Assembly (NCBI GenBank): GCA_963813715.1
Contig: CAWFAK010000017.1
Location: 128,001 to 192,000 of the forward strand
DNA: 64,000 nucleotides
Source of the DNA: an uncultured Planctomycetaceae bacterium
GTDB lineage: Bacteria > Planctomycetota > Planctomycetia > Planctomycetales > Planctomycetaceae
Reading direction: 5' to 3'
Below the pieces are notes generated by a model. That model saw only the letters and a program-made list of their open reading frames with translations, was not told where the DNA came from and did not search any database. This document shows positions 40,709 to 52,351 of the stretch, piece after piece. Made by a program: the position numbers and the translations under genes. The stretch's first letter is position 1, and the number at the start of each line of letters is the position of its first letter.

Positions 40709-41260
40709 CTACTTTTCGGACTGCCCCGCTAACGCCAGCAGCTTGAGCGTGGTGTTCCAGTTGCGGGCTGTGCCGCGCGTGCCGATCTTTTTTTCGATGA
40801 TGACGTTGGTCAGTTTCGATTCGCCGATGCCGTCGGGGTAGACGAGGTAGAGGTGTTTGCCGTCGCCGCGGACGATCTCTCGGCCTTTGATCGCTTCCTG
40901 CAAGGCTTGCACGTCTTTGGCGCTCGCCGCCGACTTCAAAAACATGACAACCAGATGGCTGGGGTCGGTCTTCGCTTCTTTGGGAAACGGATTGGCGGCG
41001 ACGACTTGGGCCAACTCTTTTTCACTGCGGATGACGTAGTCGGCGGCGACTCCGAATCGTTTCTCCGTTTCCTGTTCCAACTGTTTTTCGAGAGCTGAGG
41101 CCGACTTGCTGGCGGCAGTGAACACGAGATTGCCGCTTTGCAGCAGCGTCTTGGCGCCGGTGAAACCCAAGCCGCCGACCATGTCGCGGAGGTCAGCCAT
41201 GGGAACCGCATTTCGGCCGCCCACGTTAATCCCGCGCAAGAAAGCGATGTGAACAGGCAT
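40709..41260 (-). CDS. DUF1697 family protein
   Basis: IAFLRGINVGG, TLLQSGN and TARNWNT. Confidence 0.9.
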   Translation of the reverse strand: MPVHIAFLRGINVGGRNAVPMADLRDMVGGLGFTGAKTLLQSGNLVFTAASKSASALEKQLEQETEKRFGVAADYVIRSEKELAQVVAANPFPKEAKTDPSHLVVMFLKSAASAKDVQALQEAIKGREIVRGDGKHLYLVYPDGIGESKLTNVIIEKKIGTRGTARNWNTTLKLLALAGQSEK

Positions 41261-41339
41261 GGTGTGACCGGTTGTTGACTGAGCTTCCTGTAAGAACCTG
41301 CCGGTTCGCTTTCAGCGGCGTGGCGACGACGGCGATTGA

Positions 41340-43689
41340 TTATCTGTCGCTCGCGGCTGGTAGCGGGTGCCGACCCAGCAGTAACACGAGCATCAGTCCT
41401 GCGAACACGATCACCGATGCCCAATCGACGCTGCCCGCAAAGAGCCGCAAATAGGGCTCGGTCGGCCCTTTGGGACCCTCTAGCTTCTGGCCGAAATTGA
41501 CTAGGTTCTTGACCCGTTCGAAGAACGGCAATTCCAGAAACGCGATCAGCACTCCCGCCAGTGTGCCGCCTGCAATGTAACCCGACGACAGGAGCACTCC
41601 CGGTCCTGTTTCCGATTCGGCGATCGCCGTGGCTTCGTCCACCTGGGCCGCCGCCGGCTTCGCCGTGAACCGGTCCACGGCGTACCGGATGAGGCCGCCC
41701 AGGAAGATGGGCGTCGTGTATTGCATGGGGATGTAGACGCCGACTGCGAAAGCCAGGGAGCCAACCCCGCACAACTCGAGGCCGACCGACGAGCATGGCT
41801 CCGATCAAGATCAAACTCCAGCTCAGCTTCTGTTGGAGCACGCCGCTGATAATGATGCCGATCACGGCAGTCTTCGGCGCACTCAAACTTCATTTTGACA
41901 TCGCTGTCGTCGTCGCGCTTTTCCAGGCGGCCGGTGATGGCCGGATCTTCGAGCACGGCTGGTTTGCGATTGGCGTCAACCAGATACTTGCCGGGTTGCA
42001 CGCCTTTGACGTCCTGCGGGTGCCAGATTCGATATTCCGTTCCCTCAAAGACCTGCCGGTCGGTGAGTGCGTCGTAGTCTCTTTCCGACAGCACGATGTC
42101 GGGGACCTGCTGGCGGCTGTAGACCGTGCCTGCCTGATTGAAGAGCGAGCAGAATGAATCCGATGACCAAGGCCGATGAGACCGCGCCGATGAGGATGGC
42201 CCACTGCTGGTAAATCGGCGTGGCGCCGACCAGATAACCCGTCTTCAAATCCTGAGAGGTCGTGCCGCCGTTGGAGGCGGCGATGCAGACCACGCCCCCG
42301 ATCGACAACGCGAGGACGCTCTCGACGGGGCTCGTCATGCCCAGGGTGAGGAAGATCAAGCAGGTGAGCGCGAGAGTGGCGACGGTCATGCCTGAGATCG
42401 GGTTGGACGATGAGCCAATCTCGCCGGTCAGCCGCGAGGAAACGGTGACAAAGAGAAAACCGAAGATCAGCACCAGTCCCGCGCCGAGCACGCCCTTGAT
42501 CGAGCGCCGCTCACGCCGGCGAGGGTCAACTCGCGAACGAGGAACACCGCCAGAAGGCGCCAAAAGTACCGCTGAACCGATCAGGACGGCCTTCCCAGAC
42601 AGGTCGCGGTCGGTGCGCACGATGCGACTGGCCCCGCCGGCTCCGCGCAGGCTGCCCAGGCTGGAGCGGAACGAGCGGAACACGAGGGGCAAGGTCCGCA
42701 TCATGCTGATGATGCCGGCGGCGGTCACGCAGCCTGCCCCGATAAAGCGGAGGTAGTTCTTCTGGATTTCACCCAGATTCATCTCATGGATCAGCTTGTC
42801 GCCGGGAGCGATCACGGTCGTCAGCTGGTCGCCGAAGGTCGCGATCGCCGGCACGATCACCAGATTGCCGATCACCGCGCCCGCCATCATGATGGACGCG
42901 ACCCGCACGCCGATCACGTAGCCGACGCCGAGCAGCTCGGGAGCCATATCGGTGGCGATCACCGCGACTCGGTTGAAGAATTTGAGGGGGATGTTCACGG
43001 TCAGCCGCAAAAGCGTCATCCCCTCGATGAGGAATTTCACGAGGAAGGCGATGCCGAAGCCGATGAACACGGTCTGGCCGCTCGCGCCTCCCTTCTCGCC
43101 CGAGATCAGCACTTCGGCACAGGCCGTTCCTTCGGGGTAGAGCAGGGTATTGGGCTCACCCGGTTTGCCGTGCATGTTGACGATGAAAGCCCGCCGCAGC
43201 GGGATCATCATCAGGATGCCAAGCAAACCGCCGAGCACCGAAACGACCATCACGCGGACGATATCCATTTCGAAACCGAGCAGCATCAGCGCCGGCATGG
43301 TGACGCCGACGCCGAAGGCGATCGACTCTCCGGCCGAACCGGCCGTTTGCGTGATGTTGTTTTCCAGGATGGTGGCCGGACGCATGCCGAAGATCTTGCT
43401 GAACGCGCGGAACAGCGTGATCGACAGCACGGCCACCGGGATCGAGGCGGAGACGGTCAGCCCGACCCGCAGCACCAAATAGAGCGACGACGCTCCGAAG
43501 ACGATGCCCAGCAGCGCACCGGCGAGCACGGCCTGGAACGTGAATTCCGGGATCGTCTGCTTGTCGGAAATGTAGGGCTGATGCAACGGGGCGATGCGCA
43601 GTGCCGCCGACAGCTTCGTGGACCTGGCTGTCCGCATCGCCCGGTGGCGATGCCAGTTCTCGGAGTGCGTCGGTCGGCTCGGTCATCAC
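41340..43689 (-). CDS. OPT-family oligopeptide transporter (several frameshifts)
   Basis: YLVLRVGLTVSASIP, ILENNITQTAGSAGES, LYPEGTACAEVL, GSSSNPISGM, TSQDLKTG, LAFAVGVYIP and GVLLSSGYIAGG. Confidence 0.9.
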
Positions 43690-43740
43690 GTGGGCTCCGG
43701 CAGTGGGGGCGTAATCAGTCCGTCGCGGGCGTGGCGCCGG

Positions 43741-45596
43741 TCAACGAGTCGACCACTCGAAGCGCGCGAACTGCGGCGGACGCCGCCTGGTGCCGAGGCC
43801 ACGGATCTCGATCTTGTCCAGGTCGCTCCAGCTTCGCAATGGCTGCCCGTCGTCTGTGACGAACTTCACGACGGGGAGCGAAACCCGCTGCCAGCCGGTA
43901 GCCCCGTCAGGCGTGGGGACTCGAGCCGTATAAGTCTTCGACTGGGGCGTCCAATCATGGGCGGTGAGCCGCACCTCGAGTCCCGGCGGTTCATTGCCGT
44001 TCTTTTTCCAGGCTTGGCCGGGCTTGGGCGCCTTCTTTTCCAGAAATTCGCCCCGATATTCAAATGTCAGCGACATCCCGTCGCGTCCCGCGTAGCCCGG
44101 ATCGCCCAGGTAGTGCGAGACGATGCCGAATTGGAAGTGCTCGCCAAAGATCGCCGGGTTGAGGCAAACCGCATTCGGGTGCTGGGGATCGTCGGATTTC
44201 ACGAAGTAACGCGAGCGAGATGTTCGGATCGGTGTTGGCCGTCGCGATAGACGAACGGGGCTCCGGGATCGTCGGGTTCGGCCGCGGGCTCCGCCCTCCA
44301 CGCCAGCGAGGCTGCGAGCCGGGCCCAGCCGATCGGGAGTCGCCCGGGCCGAGATTCGTGCTCAAGCAAACGCCCGAGTGATAGGTGACGTTCGCGAAGG
44401 CCCGCAGCAGATCGCCCGTCCGCACGACCGGCAGTGTTGCCTGCCAGGATCGGGCCGCCTTCAACGGTTGACGCCCGACGCCAGAACCGATTGGGCGACG
44501 GTTTTTCGCCCAGCGTATAAAACACCTCCACTTTCTCGACCGGCGCCTGATCGGGAATTTGCACGTCGGCCAAGGGATCGCCTGCGGAGTCGAGCCGCAG
44601 TTCACTTTCGGCTCGGCGGGGAACGGCGGGCCGTCTTTGAGTTGCCAATCCATCCACGCCGGCAAGTTGTTGCCTTGGGCATCGTCGATATGGTGGTTGT
44701 AGCGCGGCGTGAAGGCGACCCGCCACGGCCCGCGGACTTGCCCGAGAATTTCGTAGGCGTTGTCCATCCAACCGTGAAAATCATTCGTTGCGTCCAGCAG
44801 GAGCAACGGACGGCGAATCGACGAGGCGTACCCTTCGGCGCGAGGACCCGCTTGAACAACACGACCGCCGGTTCGAGTTCGGGGAAGCCCCAGGCGGTTT
44901 TGTGTTTGTCGAAGTTGTAACCGCAGCCATAAATCGGCACCGCGGTCTTCACGCGTTCGTCGGTGGCGGCGACGAGCCAGCAAAGTGTTCCGCCAATGCT
45001 CACGCCGAAGATGCCCAGCCGCTCGCGATCGACCTTGGGATGATACGAGAGGACGGTCAGGGCACGGCGGGCCACTAGGGCCCAGTGGTACCAGCTCGAA
45101 GAGCGGGGTGTCGGCCGGATTTGCAGTCCGCCGTTGGCGTGCTCCAGATTGGCCTGGGTTATGGGCCCCCAGTCGGTGACGTCCTTGCGACCTTGCCATG
45201 GACCCGTGAAATCGAAACTGACACAGACGTAGCCGCGCCGTCGCCCAGAACCGCACCCACTCGAGCGAGGCCGTCTGCCCGCCACCATGAATGTGCAAAA
45301 TGCCCGGCAGATGCCTGCCGTCGGTCGGAGCTGCCGCGGATCGCGAACACGCGAACGCGTCCCTCAGGCTCGCGCTCGGCCGTAAAACGCAACGTCTCGA
45401 GATCCACGCCGTTTTCGTGCCAGCTGCGAATCGTTTGGATTTCGAGCTCGGGCGAATCGACCCGAAAATCTCGCCAAAGCTTCTCGGGTGTGTCCAGAAT
45501 GGGAGCCTGCGCGAATACGGGCGCTGGCCAACCCAGCAGTGCGGTCGCGAGGCCGATAATAAGAGGAGAGAGAAGAAGTTTGGTGAGTCGATTCAT
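43741..45596 (-). CDS. Secreted alpha/beta-hydrolase (esterase/dienelactone-hydrolase-like) with a C-terminal beta domain (several frameshifts)
   Basis: Signal peptide MNRLTKLLLSP...AQA, HIHGGGQ, nucleophile elbow GIFGVSIGG, ATNDFHG and YNHH. Confidence 0.75.
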
Positions 45597-45662
45597 CGGT
45601 GTGCGGAAGAATGTCGGTACGGATCGAAGGCTGCGAGCGGTCATGCTACCGGCGGCCGGAGA

Positions 45663-46635
45663 TCAAATCGATGCGGGTGCGGCATCGGTGTTGGGTGGCG
45701 CGGGCACGGCGAGCACATAGGTGAGATATGCGAGCGCGAGAGTCCCTCCCAACGTGGCTTTCACCCAGCCCGGAAGTTGACTCGGCGAAATGAAGGCCTC
45801 GACCGACGCGGCGATCAACAGCATGGGAATCGTGCCGGCGACAACTTGCACGGAACGGCGCGCGGCGAGGCGCAGCTCGACCGATCGTGAATAGTGCGCG
45901 GGAAAGATCAGCGCTTCCGCCATCAACAACCCGGCCCCGCGCCGATCCAGATGGCGGGCAGCTCGAGCGAGCCGTGCCCGATGACAAACTCCACGAGTGC
46001 CGAAAAGAGCCCCGCCCGCATACATGCGGCAAAAATCGCCCCCAGCATGAGCCCGTTCAAAATCACCTGCCACACCGTTCCGATGCCGAACGTGATGCCC
46101 AACGCCCACACCAGCAGAGTCACGGTGATATTGTTGGTCGCGATACGGCTCGAGGCCTGCGGGGCGATGCTCGTGATGTGCTCGGTCCACAGATGTCCCT
46201 TGGCCATCCCCCGCATCGCCGGGCTGACAAAGAAGGACTCGAACTGCGGCTGCGCGGCGGCCGCGAGCAAGCCAACCATTGCGGCCACCCAAAAGATCGC
46301 TGTGGAAAGCAAGATCGGCCGAGCGGCTGCCCGCACGGTCGACGGCCAGGTCCGCAGCAGGAACCGCCACCAGCTAATTGACGTGCCTCGTCGCGCCTGA
46401 TATACGACGCTGTGAGTTCGCGCCACCATTCGTTCCAGTTCCTTCACCGCCGACGACCCCGGATAGCGCATGTGTGCGTAGGCCAGGTCGGAGACGGCTC
46501 GGCGATACAGCGCAGTGCCGGAGCGGAACTGATCGAGGGGGACGCGCCGAGTGAGAGCCGTTCGCACTGTTGCACGAAGTCTTCGAGTGCCCGCCACTCG
46601 GCATGCCGTGAGTTGATGAACTGATGAACGTTCAC
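45663..46635 (-). CDS. Stage II sporulation protein M (SpoIIM/DUF95)-like membrane protein (frameshifted)
   Basis: FINSRHAEWRALE, LYRRAVSDLA, IATNNITV, LNGLMLG, HGSLELPAI and AASVEAFISP. Confidence 0.85.
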
Positions 46636-47416
46636 AGTGGCGGCCTCTTACAGCTCGAAACGACGATCCGCACACCCGAGAATCTCGAGTCGACGTACGC
46701 TCTGGCCGGCACGGGGAGCCGGGCGGCGTCGTACCTGATCGATTGTTTCATCCTGATCGTCGCCTCTCAGCTCGGGATCAATCTGTTGATTGGCCTGACA
46801 GCGCTGCCGCTCGGCCCCGAATGGGCCGCGGCTATCGCGGGTTTGATCGCGTTTGTGATTTTCAACGGCTATTTCATTTTCTTTGAATGGCTCTTGAGTG
46901 GCCAAACTCCCGGCAAGCGGCTCGTTGGTATTCGCGTCATCAAAGTCGGAGGCTATTCGCTCCGGTTCCTCGATGTCCTGTTGCGAAACCTGATGCGATT
47001 CGTCGATTTCCTACCGGTGTTTTATGGCGTCGGCGCGGCGAGCCTGCTCATGACGTCGCGCTGCCAGCGGTTGGGTGATTTGGTCGCCGGCACGTTGGTG
47101 GTCTATCAGGATCCTCGACTCGGACGATCTGCTGTTGCCGATTGCAGTCGACTCAGTCGGCGAGCCGGTGTTGCCGGCAGGACGACTGTCGGCTGTCCCC
47201 AGCAGGATCGTGGATTTGGCGGTCGAGTTCGTGATTCACCGCGATCAACTGGCCCCGCGCTATCGTCAACAGATCGCCGTCGAGCTGAGCGCTGATCGCA
47301 AAGGTTGGCGGCCTGCCTCTAGAGCCGACACAAAGTGCCGAATCGTTCCTGGCCGCCGTTATCCGGCAGTCCGGGCGAATTCCGACAGCGGCGTCTGCAC
47401 CGGATTTGTTAGCTGA
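46624..47416 (+). CDS. RDD family protein (frameshifted C-terminus)
   Basis: TPE...LAGTGSRAASYLID, GQTPGKRLVGIRV, RNLMRFVD and QRLGDLVAGTLVV. Confidence 0.88.
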
Positions 47417-48303
47417 ACGCCCTTCTTATTGAAGAGGCGATAGGCAATCTGTTGTCGCAGACGAGTGAGTCGGCTGTCGGTGTCGATCACTCGGGTTCCG
47501 GCCCAGCGATCGCCGTAGCGACGCATGAGCGGGTCGCGGAACGGCACCGAAAGATCGAACAGGTTAAAGAACGGGATCATCAGGCTCAGCCAGCGAATGA
47601 AGGCCTGGCCCGAGCCGAGCGGGGTTTGTCCGTCGTTGCTGCGGACGACGTGAATTCCAAAGAGCCGCTTACCCGGACCGGCGTCGCCAAAGATGCGATC
47701 GCGGAAAAGGAAGACGATGGCATTGAGGAACCAGAAGAGATAAATGAGCCCACCGCCCTGCTGCTGCGTAAGAATACGCGAGTCTATCATGATTCCGATC
47801 GCGACGAACGGTATCAGGACCAGCAAGCCGGCAAGCAGGAACGAATCCACGATGTAAGCGAATGCGCGGCCGTTATAGAGCTTGGCCTGGCAGCGGCGGC
47901 AGAAATAAAACTGTCGATTGAAGGGCTTTGCCTGCAGCTTTTGACAGTAGGGGCCGCCGCACCGCAAGCAGACAAGCACGGCAGGCTGGTTCTTCCAAAC
48001 GCAGGGAATGCTGTCCTGTGCCAGGGCCAGGCGATCTTTCTTGCGACGGGGCCACGCCGCGCTCAACTTGTCGCCGTGCGACAGCAAATTGGCGCCAGCG
48101 GGAATGCCCTCGCGCACACTGGGCACGTCGATCACCGGTCGCTTGGTCATCTCGGTGCAGTGGCGGACGAGCGTGTTGGGCGAGATCACTCCCTCGCCCA
48201 GAAAACGTACGAGCGTGGCGCGGGACGCCGGACCGTAAATCTCGTCGTCCGCCGATTCGATCCACCAACCGATGCTGTAGCGATCCGCCGGTATCGTGGC
48301 CAT
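47359..48303 (-). CDS. RDD family protein with N-terminal GYF_2-like and Cys-rich (B-box-like) domains
   Basis: AGGAG RBS. IYGPASRATL...GVISPNTLV, CLRCGGPYC...FCRRC, GRAFAYIVD, PGKRLFG and RRYGDRWAGTRV. Confidence 0.8.
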   Translation of the reverse strand: MATIPADRYSIGWWIESADDEIYGPASRATLVRFLGEGVISPNTLVRHCTEMTKRPVIDVPSVREGIPAGANLLSHGDKLSAAWPRRKKDRLALAQDSIPCVWKNQPAVLVCLRCGGPYCQKLQAKPFNRQFYFCRRCQAKLYNGRAFAYIVDSFLLAGLLVLIPFVAIGIMIDSRILTQQQGGGLIYLFWFLNAIVFLFRDRIFGDAGPGKRLFGIHVVRSNDGQTPLGSGQAFIRWLSLMIPFFNLFDLSVPFRDPLMRRYGDRWAGTRVIDTDSRLTRLRQQIAYRLFNKKGVQLTNPVQTPLSEFARTAG

Positions 48304-48520
48304 CGACCCGTCTCCTGATTTCAGTTCGCCACCAAGCCGCAGCGCGATTCTGTCCCGTCGCGATGCACGAGATTCGATTGACTGGTGACTTTTTCTTAAT
48401 TTCGCCGTCGATTGCGAAGCGGTATAGTCTAGCACTCTCAATTTGTGGCCGAAACAACCGAATTCTGCGTTTGGCGATTGCCGGTCGTTCATAGCCTGGC
48501 AGTCGGACAACTCCTGTTCG

Positions 48521-49353
48521 ATGACGACGCGTCATTCCTCGCTTACTCGACGGGCCCTCGTGCAGATGGATCTGGCGTTCTGGTATCTGCATGCGCACTT
48601 CACGCAGTTAGCGGCACTGGCGACGCCGATGCTGGTGGCCGTTTTTGCAATGGCTGTCGTCCTGGTGTCGATCACGCAGACTCTGGGATCTGCCGGGTGT
48701 TTTGCTTACGTCCTGTACGCCATCGTCGCTCCGACGATCGTGCTGTGGTTGGGGGTTTTTCTCCCGCTGCCGAGTGCCGTCTTCGCCTGGCGGCGTGCGT
48801 CCGGGACACTGCCGGAGACGGGCGAATGTTTTCAGTTCTGCGTCCAGCGGATGGGCGGCGCTTGATTCCCGTCGCGCTGCGGCTGTTCGTGTACTACTTT
48901 CTTTGGTTTGTCTTCTTTGGCGTCCCGCTGTTGTACTTTGGACCGCGGACCTGCGTGGCCGGCAATCGCATTGTTTGAAGACGAGCGGCGTATTTTTCAG
49001 CGCTCTCAAGCGACTGCTCAAGGAAGATACGGCGATTTATATCTTGGCCGTGCTCTATCTCGGCATCTTTCTGTGCTCTTGCTGCTCTTGTTTCTGCCGC
49101 GCATCTTCCTCGCCTCCAGGGTCGACTGGTGGAAAGCTCGACTCGCGCTGGCTGGCCGACCACCTGTGGATCGGCGAAGCGTTGGGCTGCGCCGTGTTGA
49201 TTTCTGCCGTGGCGGTCGGTTGGTGCATTTCGATGACGCTGCTTATCGGGAAGTGCGGATCGTCGCGAGGGCGAGTTCTTGCGGGACAAAGTTGACGAGC
49301 TGCGACGTGAGTACCTGGCGGCCCAACCCTCGGAAGCATCCGTGCGGCCATGA
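48521..49353 (+). CDS. Multi-TM membrane protein of the MoxR cluster (frameshifted)
   Basis: Several hydrophobic segments across ORF pieces. Ends VDELRREYLAAQPSEASVRP with an ATGA overlap to the next gene. Confidence 0.6.
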
Positions 49354-50135
49354 ATGCGTTCCTCGTTTCCACGGTGCTTTCGCTCGCGACGTTCGCCGCG
49401 CCGCCGGGTGGCGACCGCGTGCCGGCGGTCACTCCTCGGCCGGCCGCGCGCCGGGCGATCGTGCGACGGAGGTCGCCCGCCACGTGTTCGAGGGATCGCC
49501 CTTTTGGTGGAAACATCGCGAGGCGATCGAAGACCCGACGCGCGGTTTGACCATCTTCGATCGCATTTGGCAGGCGTTGGCCGAAGTGGGCCATTTTTTC
49601 AAATGGGTCGTGCTGAAGATCCTGAAGTTTCTGTCGTGGCTGATGCCGCATTGGGTCATGGGTGACCTGGGTGCTCCGACCGGCGGTACGAGCTGGTTGC
49701 TGTGGGGACTGGGAATCCTGCGCTGGTGGTCATCGCCTTCCTGATCTATCGCACGGTGCGACGTCGCCGGCTGCTGACGGACGGAATTGCGGCCGAACCG
49801 CTTCCCGAGCCGGAACGTCTTCCCGATGCGATGTTGCTCCTGACCTTGCCAAGGCGGTGCTCGACGCGGGTGACACGTTCGAGGCGTTGCGGTTGGCCTT
49901 CCATGCGGTGCTCGCGAGTCTGGAAGATCGCGGCATCGTCCGCTACGACGCGGCGCGTACCAACAGCGAGTACTTCCGCGACCTGCCCGCAGCCGACGCT
50001 CGCCGCGGCTTTCGTCGCGTCGCCCTGCCCTTCGATCGAGCCTTTTACGGCAAGATTCGGCCTGAACGCGCCGACGTCGAGCGGACCCTCGAATTCTGTC
50101 AAAACCTGCTGATGGCTCCGGCGGCGTCGACATGA
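49350..50135 (+). CDS. DUF4129 domain-containing membrane protein (frameshifted)
   Basis: EALRLAFHAVLASLEDRGIVRYDAARTNSEY...FDRAFYG. Confidence 0.78.
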
Positions 50136-51405
50136 GCCGAATCTCACGACGGAATCTCTGGTTGCCGGCGGCCGCCGCGGTGTTCATCGTCGCGATCGCG
50201 TGGTGGGGGGCCAGGCGCCTCGATCGGCTTTGAATCGAAATTGCGATGCTGCGTGTTCGATCCGGGCACCGGCGGCGGCTTGGGCGTGGTGCAATGGGTG
50301 CGACAGATGGGAATTCCGTGTAGCCTTGCAGGATCCACTTTGGGAAGCCGTCGGGACGGAGAGTTCGAAGACTGGAAACTGTTTTCTGACCGCGGGCAAC
50401 GGTGCCTGGTCGCCTTGGAACGAAGAGCTGACGCGCGAGGATTGGTCGCCGCTTAAGAGCTGGATTGCGCGAGGCAACTCGCTGATCGTGGTCACAAGTG
50501 ACCCGAGCACTCTGCCCAAAACTGTGTTGGATGACCTGTGGCCTCCCGATGCGAACAGCGGCTTCAAAAGTGGCTCCGCCGTGCCGACAACCGCGAAAGG
50601 CGGCGTGCCGAGCGGCTCGAGCCGGAACGATTCGCACAAAAAATCGGGGGAGGAAAAAGAGACAGCCGAAGAGGACGAGTTCGATTTCGGCAGTTCCGAC
50701 GTCGCGGCCATTCCGGCGACCTCGACCGCCACGCTTCCGGACAAGCAAATGCTGACCGTGCGCGCCAACGGCCCGCGTTGGCCGAAAACGCCCGAGCACA
50801 CGGAAGCGGGGCGGGACGTGCACGGCGTGGTGTGGGTGCGAAAGGAGATTGGGAAGGGATCTCTTTATCTCTTGCTCGACGATTTCGCCTGGACGAACGC
50901 GGGCTTCGATGCGGATGGCAACGCCAAGACGCTCGCCGCGATCTTGTCGCGCGAGGTGCATGCCGGCGTCTTCGGGTTCGATGAGTATCGGCACGGCCAT
51001 GGGCGGGCGGAATCGTTTGCGGCTTACCTGCTGCGACTGCGGGGTGGCACCGCATTCTGTCTGATCGCGGCTCTGTTGGTGGGCCTCTTCTTGCTCGGTC
51101 GCAATATCCGCTTCGGCTCGCCGGAGCCGTATGTCGTCGTCGAGCGTCGAAGTGCACGCGAATACGTCGAAGCGGCCGCGTTTCTCAATGAACGGGCGCG
51201 GGCGGCCCCGCTGGCCGTCGAAAGCATTGTTCGGCGTTTGCGTCGGTCGGGCTCAAACGGGGCCATCTGAGCGCGGAGATGGCCGAGCTATTGCAGCAGG
51301 CGGACCGCGTTGCCGCGATGCGCCGAGCGACCCGCCAAACCGACCGAGATTTGTGCCCTCGTCCGGAGAATGATTGCTCTGAGGAAGAAACTCTATGGAT
51401 CTTGA
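50132..51405 (+). CDS. DUF4350 domain-containing protein (frameshifted)
   Basis: LKSWIARGNSLIV, IGKGSLYLL, WTNAG, FDEYRHG, TM then RFGSP and EYVEAAA. Lies directly before moxR. Confidence 0.75.
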
Positions 51406-52351
51406 TCGTGTCCGCCAGCAAGCGGAGCAGGTTCACGGCGGCTTGCAAAGCGTTTTCGCCGGCCAGGCCGAGTTGCTCGATCAACTTGTCGGCACGTTCT
51501 TCTGCGGCGGCCATGCGCTGCTCGAAGGTGTTCCGGGCGTCGGCAAAACGCTGATCGCCAAGGCTCTGGCCCGGCTGCTGGGGCTGGAATTTCGCCGCGT
51601 GCAATTCACGCCCGACCTCATGCCGTCCGACATCCTCGGCACCGAGACGTTTCAATTGTCGACGCAGAGTTTCCAACTTCGCAAAGGCCCAATTTTCACG
51701 ACGGTTTTGTTGGCCGATGAAATCAACCGCACACCCCCGAAGACGCAGGCCGCCCTCCTGGAAGTGATGGAGGAACGCACGGTCTCGCTGGGAAACGAAA
51801 CTCACCGGCTCTCGCCCCTGTTCACGGTCTTTGCCACCCAAAATCCGGTCGAGTACGAAGGTACCTATCCGCTGCCCGAGGCTCAGATCGATCGGTTCCT
51901 GACCAAGCTGCTCGTCAAATACCCGACGGCTGAAGAAGATCTGCAGATCCTCGAACAGTACAACCACGGCCGCGACCTGCATCGCGTCGCCCTCGACGAG
52001 CTGAAGCCCGTAACCACGGCCGAAGACGTGCTGGGCTGTCGCGAGCGAATCCGGCAGATCCAGGCCACACCCGACGTATTGCGATACATCTCCCAAATCG
52101 TGCGGAGCACGCGCGAGCATCCCGACGTGCAGCTGGGGGCCAGTCCGTGCGCCGCCATCCATTTGTTTCTGCTCAGCCAAAGCATGGCCGGCATTAACGC
52201 CCGCGAATTCGTCACGCCCGACGACGTGAAGGCGGCCGCGCCGGCGGTCCTCCGCCACCGCCTGCTGCTCACGGCCGAGGCCCAGGTTTCCGCCCGCACG
52301 CCCGACCAGGTCGCCGCCGAAGTGCTCGAACGGATCGAGGTTCCGCGATGA
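51395..52351 (+). CDS. moxR: MoxR-family AAA+ ATPase
   Basis: HALLEGVPGVGKT, RVQFTPDLMPSD, LADEINRTPPKTQAALLE and ATQNPVEYEGTYPLPEAQIDRF. Confidence 0.95.
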   Translation: MDLDRVRQQAEQVHGGLQSVFAGQAELLDQLVGTFFCGGHALLEGVPGVGKTLIAKALARLLGLEFRRVQFTPDLMPSDILGTETFQLSTQSFQLRKGPIFTTVLLADEINRTPPKTQAALLEVMEERTVSLGNETHRLSPLFTVFATQNPVEYEGTYPLPEAQIDRFLTKLLVKYPTAEEDLQILEQYNHGRDLHRVALDELKPVTTAEDVLGCRERIRQIQATPDVLRYISQIVRSTREHPDVQLGASPCAAIHLFLLSQSMAGINAREFVTPDDVKAAAPAVLRHRLLLTAEAQVSARTPDQVAAEVLERIEVPR

